From the human T2T-CHM13v2.0 reference genome, Homo sapiens: a DNA stretch of 64,000 bases. Shown here piece by piece: positions 1-12,234 of this stretch. Position 1 is the first letter of the stretch; the number at the start of each line of letters is the position of its first letter. The notes beneath the pieces are model-generated. The model was not told the DNA's origin. It did not search any database and saw only the letters and a program-made list of their open reading frames with translations. The stretch lies in the NCBI RefSeq assembly GCF_009914755.1, contig NC_060940.1; one strand, 5' to 3'. Made by a program: the position numbers and the translations under genes.

Positions 1-3000
1 ACTCGACGATGATTCCATTCGAGTCCATTCGATGATACCATTCAATTCCATTCGTTGATGCTTCCATTCAAGTGCATTCGATGATATCATTCGATTCCAT
101 TTGATGATAATTCCATTTGATTCCATGCGATGATTCTATTCGATTCCATTCAATGATAATTCCATTCAATTCAGTGATTCCTCTGGACTCCATTTGATGA
201 TGATTCCATTCAATGATTCCATTCGATTCTATTCGAAAATGATTCCATTTGAATCCATTTGATGATGATTCCATTAGATTCCATTTGATGATTCCATTCG
301 ATTCCATTCGGCGATGATTCCATTCGATTCCGTTTGATGATTCCATTCTATTCTATTCGATGATGATTCCATTCGATTCCATTCGATGATGATTGGATTC
401 GATTCCATTTGATGATTTCATTTGATTCCATTCGTTAATGATTTCGATCAATTCCATTCGATGATTCCATTCGATTCCATTCGATAATGATTACATCCGA
501 GTCCATTCGATGATTCCCTTTGAGCCTGTTCGATAATTCCATTTGAGTCCAACCAATGATTCCATTCATTTCCATTCAATGATTCCATTCGAGTCCATTT
601 GATCATTCCGGTAGGGTCCATTCGATGTTGATTCCATTGGAGTGCATTCGATGATTCCATTCGAGTCCATTTTAGGATTTGATTCGAGTCCTTTCGATGA
701 TTCCATTCGATTCCACTCGATGATGATTTCATTCGAGTCCATTCGACACTTCCAATCGATTCCATTTGATGATTCCATTCGAGTCCTATTGATGATTCCA
801 TTCAATTCCATTCGATGATGATTCCGTACGATTCCATTCTGTGATGATTCCATGTGATTGCATTCAATGATGATTCCTTTCGATTGCATTCGATTATGAT
901 TCATTTCGTGTTCATTCTATGGTTCCACAGGTTTCCATTCGTGTCCATTCCATTATTCCATTCTATTCCATTTGATGATGATTCCATTCGATTCCATTCA
1001 TTGGTGATTCCACTCAATTCCATTCAATGATTCCATTCCATTTCTTTCAACAATGATTCCATTAGTTTCTAATCGATGATCCACTTGATTCCATTTGACG
1101 ACGATTCCATTCTTGTCCATTCGATGATTCCATTTGATTCCATATGATGATGATTCCATTCGATTCCATACGATGATGATTCCATTCGAGTCCATTCAAT
1201 GGTGATTCCATTCAATTCCATTCGATGATTCCTTTCGATTCCATTCGATGATGATGGCATTCGATTCCTTTCAATCATTCCCTTTGATTCCATTCAAAGG
1301 TGATTTCATTCAAGTCCATTCGATAATTGCATTCGATTCCATTCTATGATGATTCCATTCGAGTCCATTTGATGATTCCATTCAATTCAAGTCAATGATG
1401 ATTCCATTCGATTCCATTCGATGATTCCATTGGATTCCATTCGATGATGATTCCATTCAAATCCATTCGATAATTCAATTCAAGTCCATTCGATGATGAT
1501 TCCAATCGAATCCATTCAAAGATTCCATTCAGTTCCATTCGATGATTCCCTTAGATTCCATTCGATGATTCCACTTGATTGCATTTACGATGATTCCATT
1601 CGATTCCATGTGATGATTCCATTCAATTCTATTCAATGATGTCTCCATTTGATTCCATTCGACCATGATTGCCTTTGATTCCATTCAATGATTCCATTCG
1701 GTTCCGTTTGATGATGATTCCGTTCGATTCCATTTGATGATTCCATTTGATTCCATTGGATGAGTCCATTCGATTACATTCGATGATTATTCCATTCGAG
1801 TGCATTAGATGATTCCATTCGAGTCCATTCGATGATTCCATTCGATTCCATTCGATGTTGATTCTGTTCAAATCCATTCGATGATTCCACTCGATTCCAT
1901 TCGTTGACTCCATTTGATCCCATTCGATGATTTCCTTTGATTCCCTTTGATGATCATTCCATTTGATTCAATTCGGTGATTTCATTTGATTCCATTCAGT
2001 GATGTTTCCATTCGACTCCATTCGATGATGATTCCATTCGACTCCATTCGATTATGATTTCATTCAATTCCATTCGATAATGATTCCCTTCGAGTCCATT
2101 CGATGATTCCATTCGATTCCATTCAACGATGATTTGATTCGTGTCCATTCGATGATTCCATTTGATTCCACTTGATGATGATTCCATTCGAGTCCATTTG
2201 ATGATTCCATTCAATTCCATACTCCGATGATTTCTTTTGAGCCCACTCAATGCTTCCACTCGATTCCATATGATGATGACTCCATTCGATGAAATTCGAT
2301 GATGATTCCATTCGCTTGCTTTCGATGATGATTCCACTTGAGTCCGTTAGAAGATTCTATTCAATTACATTCCATGACGATTCCGTTCGAGTCCATTTGA
2401 TGATTCCATTAGACTCCATTCGACGATGATTCCATTCGATGTTATTCGATGATTCCATTCGATCTCATTCGATGATGATTCCATTCAACTCCATTCGATG
2501 TTTCCATTCGAGTTCATTCTATTATTCCATTAGATTCCATTCGATGATGATTCCATTCGATTCCATTTGATGATTGCATTCTATTTCATTTGATGATGAT
2601 TCCATTCGAGTCCACTCGATGATTCCATTCGAGTCCATTTAATGAATCCATTGGTTTCAATTCTATGATGATTACATTGGATTCCATTCGTTGATGATTT
2701 CATTCGGTTCCATTCAATGATGATTCCATTCAATTCCTTTCAATGTTTCCATTCAATTCCATACGATGATGATTCCATTTGATTTGATTCGACAGTGAGC
2801 CATTCGATTCAATTCCATGATGATTCTATTTGATTCAATTGGTGGACATTTCCATTCGATTCCATTCGATGATGATTCCCTTTGATTCCGTTCAAAGATG
2901 ATTCCATTCTAGCCCATTCAATCATTCCATTCGATTCTATTCAATGATGATTCCATTCATGTCGATTTGGTGATTCCATTTGACTTCATTTGATGATGAT

Positions 3001-6000
3001 TCCTTTCAAGTTCATTAGATGATTCCATTCGATTCCATTTGATGATGATCCCATTCGAGTCCATTCAGTGATTCCATTCGTTTCCATTCCATGATGATTC
3101 CATTCCTTTCCATTCAATGATTCCATTCGATTCCGTTTGATGATGATTTCATTCGAGTCCATTTGATGATTCCATTTGATTCCATTCGATGATGATTCCA
3201 TTCGAGTCCATTCGATGATTCTATTCGAATCCATTTGATGATTTCTTTTGATTATATTTGGTGATGATTCCATTGGAGTCCATTCAATGATTCCATTCTA
3301 TTCCAATCGATGATGATTCCATTAGAGTCCATTTAATGATTCCATTTGATTCCAGTCTCTGATGATTACATTCGAGTCCATACGATGATTCCACTCAATT
3401 CCATATGATGATGATTCCATTTGATTCCATTCGGTGATTCCATTCTATTCTATTCAATGGTGATTCCATTCGAGTACATTAGATGATTCCATTCGATTCC
3501 ATTCAATGATGATTCTATTTGTGTCCCTTAGATGATTCCACATGATTCCATTAGATGATGATACTATTTGAGCCCATCCAATGATTCCCTTCGATTCCAT
3601 TCAATGAGGATTCCATTCGATTCAATTCATTGGTGATTCTATTCAATTCAATTCTTTGATTCCATTCCATTCCATTCGACAATGATTCCATTCGATTTCT
3701 TTCGATGATTCCACTCGATTCCACTTGACATTGATTCCATTCGATTCCATTCAATGATTCCATTTGATTCCAGTGGATGATGATTGCCATCGATTCCATT
3801 CGATCACTCCATTCTATTCCATTTGATGATGATTACATTCGATTCCATTTGATGATTCCATCTGATTCTATTCGAGGATTCCATTTGATTCCATTCGATG
3901 ATGATTCCATTCGAGTCCATTCGATGATTTCATTCGAGTACATCCAATGATTCCATTCGAGTCCATTAGATGATTCCATTTGATTCCATTTGAAAATGAT
4001 TCTACTAGAGTCCATTCAATGACTCCATTCGAGTCCATTCAACAATTCCATTCGACTCCATTCGATGATTCCATTCGATTCCATTTGATGGTTCCATTCG
4101 AGTCCATTTAATCATTACAGTCGAGTCCATTTGGTGATTCCACTGGATTTCTTTTGATAATGATACCATTCAATTACATTTGATGATGATCCCATTCAAT
4201 TTCATTTGATGATGATTCCATTAGAGTCCATTCGATGATTTCATTCGAGTCCCTTCATTGATTCCATCCGATTTCATTGGATGATGACTCCATTCGAGTC
4301 CATTCGATGATTCCACTCGATTCCATTAGATGACTCCATTGGAGTCCATTTGATTGTTCCATTCGATTCCATTCGATTCCTTTCGAAGATTATTCCATTT
4401 GAGTCCATTCGATGATGATTCCATTCCATTCCATTCGATGATTCCGTTTGATTCCATTCGATGATTCCCTTCGATTCCTTTCTTTGATGATTCCATTCCA
4501 TTCCATTCAATGATTCCATTCGAATCTATTCCATGATGATTCCTTTCGATTCCATTCGCTGATGTTTCCGTTCAATTCCATTCGATGATGATTCCATTCG
4601 ATTCCATTCATTGAGGATTCCATTTGATTCCATTCAATGATGATTCCATTCTATTCCATTCAATGATTGCATTCAATTCCATTCAATGATTATCCCCTTA
4701 GAGTAAACTCAACGATTCCATTCAATACCATTCGATGATGATTCCTTTTGAGTCCATTCAATGATTTCATTCAAGTCCATTTGATGATTCCTTTCAATTC
4801 CATTCTATGATGATTCCATTCGAGTCCATTCGATGATTCCATTCGATTGCATTCGATGATTCCATTATATTCCATTCAACGGTGATTCCATTCGAGTCCA
4901 TTCCATGATTCCATTAGAGTACATTTAATGATTGCTTTGTTTTCAATTCGAAGATGATTACATTGGATTCCATTCTATGATACCATTCGATTCCATTCAA
5001 TGATGATTCCACTCAAATCCATTGGATGACTCCATTCGTGTCCATTCGGTGATTTCATTAGATTCCATTCGAGGATGATTCCATTCGATTCCATTCGATG
5101 ATTCCATTCAATTCCATTCGATGATGATTCCATTCCAGTCCATATGATCATTCCATTTGATTTCATTCGATGATGATTCCATTCGATTCGATTCGACGAT
5201 TCCATTCTATTCCATTCGTTGATGATTCCACTCGAGTCCATTCGATGATTCCATTCGAGTCCATTTAATGATTCCATTGGGTTCAATTCAATGATGATTA
5301 CATTGGATTCCGTTCTATGATTCCATTCAATTCCGTTCATTGACAATTTGATTCCATTCGATGATGATTCCATTTGAGTTCATTCGATGATTCTATTCGA
5401 TTCTCTTCGATGGTGATTCAATTCTATTATATTGGATGATTCCATTCGATTCCATTTGATGTTGATTCAATTCGATTCTATTCGATGATGATTCCATTGG
5501 ATTTCACTTGATGATTCTATTCGATTCCATTCAATGATGATTCACTTCTCGTCCATTGGATGATTCCATTTCATTCCATTCGATGATGATTCCATTCGAT
5601 TCCATTCGATGATTCCATTTGATTCCATGCGACGGTGAGCAATTCGATTCAATTCCATGATGATTCTATTTGATTCAATTAGATGATGTTTCCATTCGAA
5701 TCCATTCCATGATTATTCCATTGGAATCCATTCGGCGATGATTCCATATGAGTCAATTCAATGATGATTCCATATGGGTCCGTTCGATGATAATTCCATT
5801 TGATTTCATTCGATGCTTCTATTCTATTCCAGTCGATGATGATTCCGTTGGAGTCCATACGATGATTCCATTTGATTTCATTTGATGATGATTCCATTCG
5901 ATGATGATTACATTGGATTCCATTCTATGATTCCATTCAATTCCATTCGTTGATGATTCGATTCCATTCAATGATGATTCCATTTGAGTTCATTCGATGA

Positions 6001-6112
6001 TTCTATTCGATTCCGTTCGATGGTGATTCAATTCTATTATATTGGATGATTCCACTCGATTCCATTTGATGATTATTCCATTGGAGTCCACTTAGTGAAT
6101 CCTTTAGATTCT
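1..6112 (+). repeat. 6.1-kb higher-order unit 1 (6,112 bp; phase set arbitrarily at the window start)
   Basis: The start sequence ACTCGACGATGATTCC recurs at 6113 as ACTTGACG. The marker ORF at 68 recurs at 6180 (+6112). Confidence 0.95.
5292..6071 (+). repeat. Internal ~170-bp direct repeat pair within the higher-order unit (5292-5461 and 5902-6071; offset 610 bp), present in each full unit
   Basis: Both copies share non-consensus strings GATGATTACATTGGATTCC, CATTTGAGTTCATTCG and TGGTGATTCAATTCTATTATATTGGATGATTCCA (at 5411 and 6021). Confidence 0.85.
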
Positions 6113-9100
6113 ACTTGACGATGATTCCATTCGAGTCCATTCGATGATACCATTCAATTCCATTCGTTGATGCTTCCATTCAAGTGCATTCGATGATATC
6201 ATTCGATTCCATTTGATGATAATTCCATTTGATTCCATGCGATGATTCTATTCGATTCCATTCAATGATAATTCCATTCAATTCAGTGATTCCTCTGGAC
6301 TCCATTTGATGATGATTCCATTCAATGATTCCATTCGATTCTATTCGAAAATGATTCCATTTGAATCCATTTGATGATGATTCCATTGGATTCCATTTGA
6401 TGATTCCATTCGATTCCATTCGGCGATGATTCCATTCGATTCCGTTTGATGATTCCATTCTATTCTATTCGATGATGATTCCATTCGATTCCATTCGATG
6501 ATGATTGGATTCGATTCCATTTGATGATTTCATTTGATTCCATTCGTTAATGATTTCGATCAATTCCATTCGATGATTCCATTCGATTCCATTCGATTCC
6601 ATTCGATAATGATTACATCCGAGTCCATTCGATGATTCCCTTTGAGCCTGTTCGATAATTCCATTTGAGTCCAACCAATGATTCCATTCATTTCCATTCA
6701 ATGATTCCATTCGAGTCCATTTGATCATTCCGGTAGGGTCCATTCGATGTTGATTCCATTGGAGTGCATTCGATGATTCCATTCGAGTCCATTTTAGGAT
6801 TTGATTCGAGTCCTTTCGATGATTCCATTCGATTCCACTCGATGATGATTTCATTCGAGTCCATTCGACACTTCCAATCGATTCCATTTGATGATTCCAT
6901 TCGAGTCCTATTGATGATTCCATTCAATTCCATTCGATGATGATTCCGTACGATTCCATTCTGTGATGATTCCATGTGATTGCATTCAATGATGATTCCT
7001 TTCGATTGCATTCGATTATGATTCATTTCGTGTTCATTCTATGGTTCCACAGGTTTCCATTCGTGTCCATTCCATTATTCCATTCTATTCCATTTGATGA
7101 TGATTCCATTCGATTCCATTCATTGGTGATTCCACTCAATTCCATTCAATGATTCCATTCCATTTCTTTCAACAATGATTCCATTAGTTTCTAATCGATG
7201 ATCCACTTGATTCCATTTGACGACGATTCCATTCTTGTCCATTCGATGATTCCATTTGATTCCATATGATGATGATTCCATTCGATTCCATACGATGATG
7301 ATTCCATTCGAGTCCATTCAATGGTGATTCCATTCAATTCCATTCGATGATTCCTTTCGATTCCATTCGATGATGATGGCATTCGATTCCTTTCAATCAT
7401 TCCCTTTGATTCCATTCAAAGGTGATTTCATTCAAGTCCATTCGATAATTGCATTCGATTCCATTCCATGATGATTCCATTCGAGTCCATTTGATGATTC
7501 CATTCAATTCAAGTCAATGATGATTCCATTCGATTCCATTCGATGATTCCATTGGATTCCATTCGATGATGATTCCATTCAAATCCATTCGATAATTCAA
7601 TTCAAGTCCATTCGATGATGATTCCAATCGAATCCATTCAAAGATTCCATTCAGTTCCATTCGATGATTCCCTTAGATTCCATTCGATGATTCCACTTGA
7701 TTGCATTTACGATGATTCCATTCGATTCCATGTGATGATTCCATTCAATTCTATTCAATGATGTCTCCATTTGATTCCATTCGACCATGATTGCCTTTGA
7801 TTCCATTCAATGATTCCATTCGGTTCCGTTTGATGATGATTCCGTTCGATTCCATTTGATGATTCCATTTGATTCCATTGGATGAGTCCATTCAATTACA
7901 TTCGATGATTATTCCATTCGAGTGCATTAGATGATTCCATTCGAGTCCATTCGATGATTCCATTCGATTCCATTCGATGTTGATTCTGTTCAAATCCATT
8001 CGATGATTCCACTCGATTCCATTCGTTGACTCCATTTGATCCCATTCGATGATTTCCTTTGATTCCCTTTGATGATCATTCCATTTGATTCAATTCGGTG
8101 ATTTCATTTGATTCCATTCAGTGATGTTTCCATTCGACTCCATTCGATGATGATTCCATTCGACTCCATTCGATTATGATTTCATTCAATTCCATTCGAT
8201 AATGATTCCCTTCGAGTCCATTCGATGATTCCATTCGATTCCATTCAACGATGATTTGATTCGTGTCCATTCGATGATTCCATTTGATTCCACTTGATGA
8301 TGATTCCATTCGAGTCCATTTGATGATTCCATTCAATTCCATACTCCGATGATTTCTTTTGAGCCCACTCAATGCTTCCACTCGATTCCATATGATGATG
8401 ACTCCATTCGATGAAATTCGATGATGATTCCATTCGCTTGCTTTCGATGATGATTCCACTTGAGTCCGTTAGAAGATTCTATTCAATTACATTCCATGAC
8501 GATTCCGTTCGAGTCCATTTGATGATTCCATTAGACTCCATTCGACGATGATTCCATTCGATGTTATTCGATGATTCCATTCGATCTCATTCGATGATGA
8601 TTCCATTCAACTCCATTCGATGTTTCCATTCGAGTTCATTCTATTATTCCATTAGATTCCATTCGATGATGATTCCATTCGATTCCATTTGATGATTGCA
8701 TTCTATTTCATTTGATGATGATTCCATTCGAGTCCACTCGATGATTCCATTCGAGTCCATTTAATGAATCCATTGGTTTCAATTCTATGATGATTACATT
8801 GGATTCCATTCGTTGATGATTTCATTCGGTTCCATTCAATGATGATTCCATTCAATTCCTTTCAATGTTTCCATTCAATTCCATACGATGATGATTCCAT
8901 TTGGTTTGATTCGACAGTGAGCCATTCGATTCAATTCCATGATGATTCTATTTGATTCAATTGGTGGACATTTCCATTCGATTCCATTCGATGATGATTC
9001 CCTTTGATTCCGTTCAAAGATGATTCCATTCTAGCCCATTCAATCATTCCATTCGATTCTATTCAATGATGATTCCATTCATGTCGATTTGGTGATTCCA

Positions 9101-12100
9101 TTTGACTTCATTTGATGATGATTCCTTTCAAGTTCATTAGATGATTCCATTCGATTCCATTTGATGATGATCCCATTCGAGTCCATTCAGTGATTCCATT
9201 CGTTTCCATTCCATGATGATTCCATTCCTTTCCATTCAATGATTCCATTCGATTCCGTTTGATGATGATTTCATTCGAGTCCATTTGATGATTCCATTTG
9301 ATTCCATTCGATGATGATTCCATTCGAGTCCATTCGATGATTCTATTCGAATCCATTTGATGATTTCTTTTGATTATATTTGGTGATGATTCCATTGGAG
9401 TCCATTCAATGATTCCATTCTATTCCAATCGATGATGATTCCATTAGAGTCCATTTAATGATTCCATTTGATTCCAGTCTCTGATGATTTCATTCGAGTC
9501 CATACGATGATTCCACTCAATTCCATATGATGATGATTCCATTTGATTCCATTCGGTGATTCCATTCTATTCTATTCAATGGTGATTCCATTCGAGTACA
9601 TTAGATGATTCCATTTGATTCCATTCAATGATGATTCTATTTGTGTCCCTTAGATGATTCCACATGATTCCATTAGATGATGATACTATTTGAGCCCATC
9701 CAATGATTCCCTTCGATTCCATTCGATGAGGATTCCATTCGATTCAATTCATTGGTGATTCTATTCAATTCAATTCTTTGATTCCATTCCATTCCATTCG
9801 ACAATGATTCCATTCGATTTCTTTCGATGATTCCACTCGATTCCACTTGACATTGATTCCATTCGATTCCATTCAATGATTCCATTTGATTCCAGTGGAT
9901 GATGATTGCCATCGATTCCATTCGATCACTCCATTCTATTCCATTTGATGATGATTACATTCGATTCCATTTGATGATTCCATCTGATTCTATTCGAGGA
10001 TTCCATTTGATTCCATTCGATGATGATTCCATTCGAGTCCATTCGATGATTTCATTCGAGTACATCCAATGATTCCATTCGAGTCCATTAGATGATTCCA
10101 TTTGATTCCATTTGAAAATGATTCTACTAGAGTCCATTCAATGACTCCATTCGAGTCCATTCAACAATTCCATTCGACTCCATTCGATGATTCCATTCGA
10201 TTCCATTTGATGGTTCCATTCGAGTCCATTTAATCATTACAGTCGAGTCCATTTGGTGATTCCACTGGATTTCTTTTGATAATGATACCATTCAATTACA
10301 TTTGATGATGATCCCATTCAATTTCATTTGATGATGATTCCATTAGAGTCCATTCGATGATTTCATTCGAGTCCCTTCATTGATTCCATCCGATTTCATT
10401 GGATGATGACTCCATTCGAGTCCATTCGATGATTCCACTCGATTCCATTAGATGACTCCATTGGAGTCCATTTGATTGTTCCATTCGATTCCATTCGATT
10501 CCTTTCGAAGATTATTCCATTTGAGTCCATTCGATGATGATTCCATTCCATTCCATTCGATGATTCCGTTTGATTCCATTCGATGATTCCCTTCGATTCC
10601 TTTCTGTGATGATTCCATTCCATTCCATTCAATGATTCCATTCGAATCTATTCCATGATGATTCCTTTCGATTCCATTCGCTGATGTTTCCGTTCAATTC
10701 CATTCGATGATGATTCCATTCGATTCCATTCATTGAGGATTCCATTTGATTCCATTCAATGATGATTCCATTCTATTCCATTCAATGATTGCATTCAATT
10801 CCATTCAATGATTATCCCCTTAGAGTAAACTCAACGATTCCATTCAATACCATTCGATGATGATTCCTTTTGAGTCCATTCAATGATTTCATTCAAGTCC
10901 ATTTGATGATTCCTTTCAATTCCATTCTATGATGATTCCATTCGAGTCCATTCGATGATTCCATTCGATTGCATTCGATGATTCCATTATATTCCATTCA
11001 ACGGTGATTCCATTCGAGTCCATTCCATGATTCCATTAGAGTACATTTAATGATTGCTTTGTTTTCAATTCGAAGATGATTACATTGGATTCCATTCTAT
11101 GATACCATTCGATTCCATTCAATGATGATTCCACTCAAATCCATTGGATGATTCCATTCGTGTCCATTCGGTGATTTCATTAGATTCCATTCGAGGATGA
11201 TTCCATTCGATTCCATTCGATGATTCCATTCAATTCCATTCGATGATGATTCCATTCCAGTCCATATGATCATTCCATTTGATTTCATTCGATGATGATT
11301 CCATTCGATTCGATTCGACGATTCCATTCTATTCCATTCGATGATGATTCCATTCGAGTCCATTCGATCATTCCATTCGAGTCCATTTAATGATTCCATT
11401 GGGTTCAATTCAATGATGATTACATTGGATTCCGTTCTATGATTCCATTCAATTCCGTTCATTGACAATTTGATTCCATTCGATGATGATTCCATTTGAG
11501 TTCATTCGATGATTCTATTCGATTCTCTTCGATGGTGATTCAATTCTATTATATTGGATGATTCCATTCGATTCCATTTGATGTTGATTCAATTCGATTC
11601 TATTCGATGATGATTCCATTGGATTTCACTTGATGATTCTATTCGATTCCATTCAATGATGATTCACTTCTCGTCCATTGGATGATTCCATTTCATTCCA
11701 TTCGATGATGATTCCATTCGATTCCATTCGATGATTCCATTTGATTCCATGCGACGGTGAGCAATTCGATTCAATTCCATGATGATTCTATTTGATTCAA
11801 TTAGATGATGTTTCCATTCGAATCCATTCCATGATTATTCCATTGGAATCCATTCGGCGATGATTCCATATGAGTCAATTCAATGATGATTCCATATGGG
11901 TCCGTTCGATGATAATTCCATTTGATTTCATTCGATGCTTCTATTCTATTCCAGTCGATGATGATTCCGTTGGAGTCCATACGATGATTCCATTTGATTT
12001 CATTTGATGATGATTCCATTCGATGATGATTACATTGGATTCCATTCTATGATTCCATTCAATTCCATTCGTTGATGATTCGATTCCATTCAATGATGAT

Positions 12101-12234
12101 TCCATTTGAGTTCATTCGATGATTCTATTCGATTCCGTTCGATGGTGATTCAATTCTATTATATTGGATGATTCCACTCGATTCCATTTGATGATTATTC
12201 CATTGGAGTCCACTTAGTGAATCCTTTAGATTCT
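6113..12234 (+). repeat. Higher-order unit 2 (6,122 bp; +10-bp insertion)
   Basis: Marker ORF 6180 to 12302 is +6122. There is an extra ATTCGATTCC at 6581-6600. Confidence 0.95.

Noticed and set aside
4691-4712. Atypical string TATCCCCTTAGAGTAAACTCAAC with a tiny GAGT-AA-ACTC inverted repeat
   Set aside because: It can be derived from GATTCCATTCGAGTCCATTCGAT by substitutions, and the 4-bp stem is too short to be meaningful.
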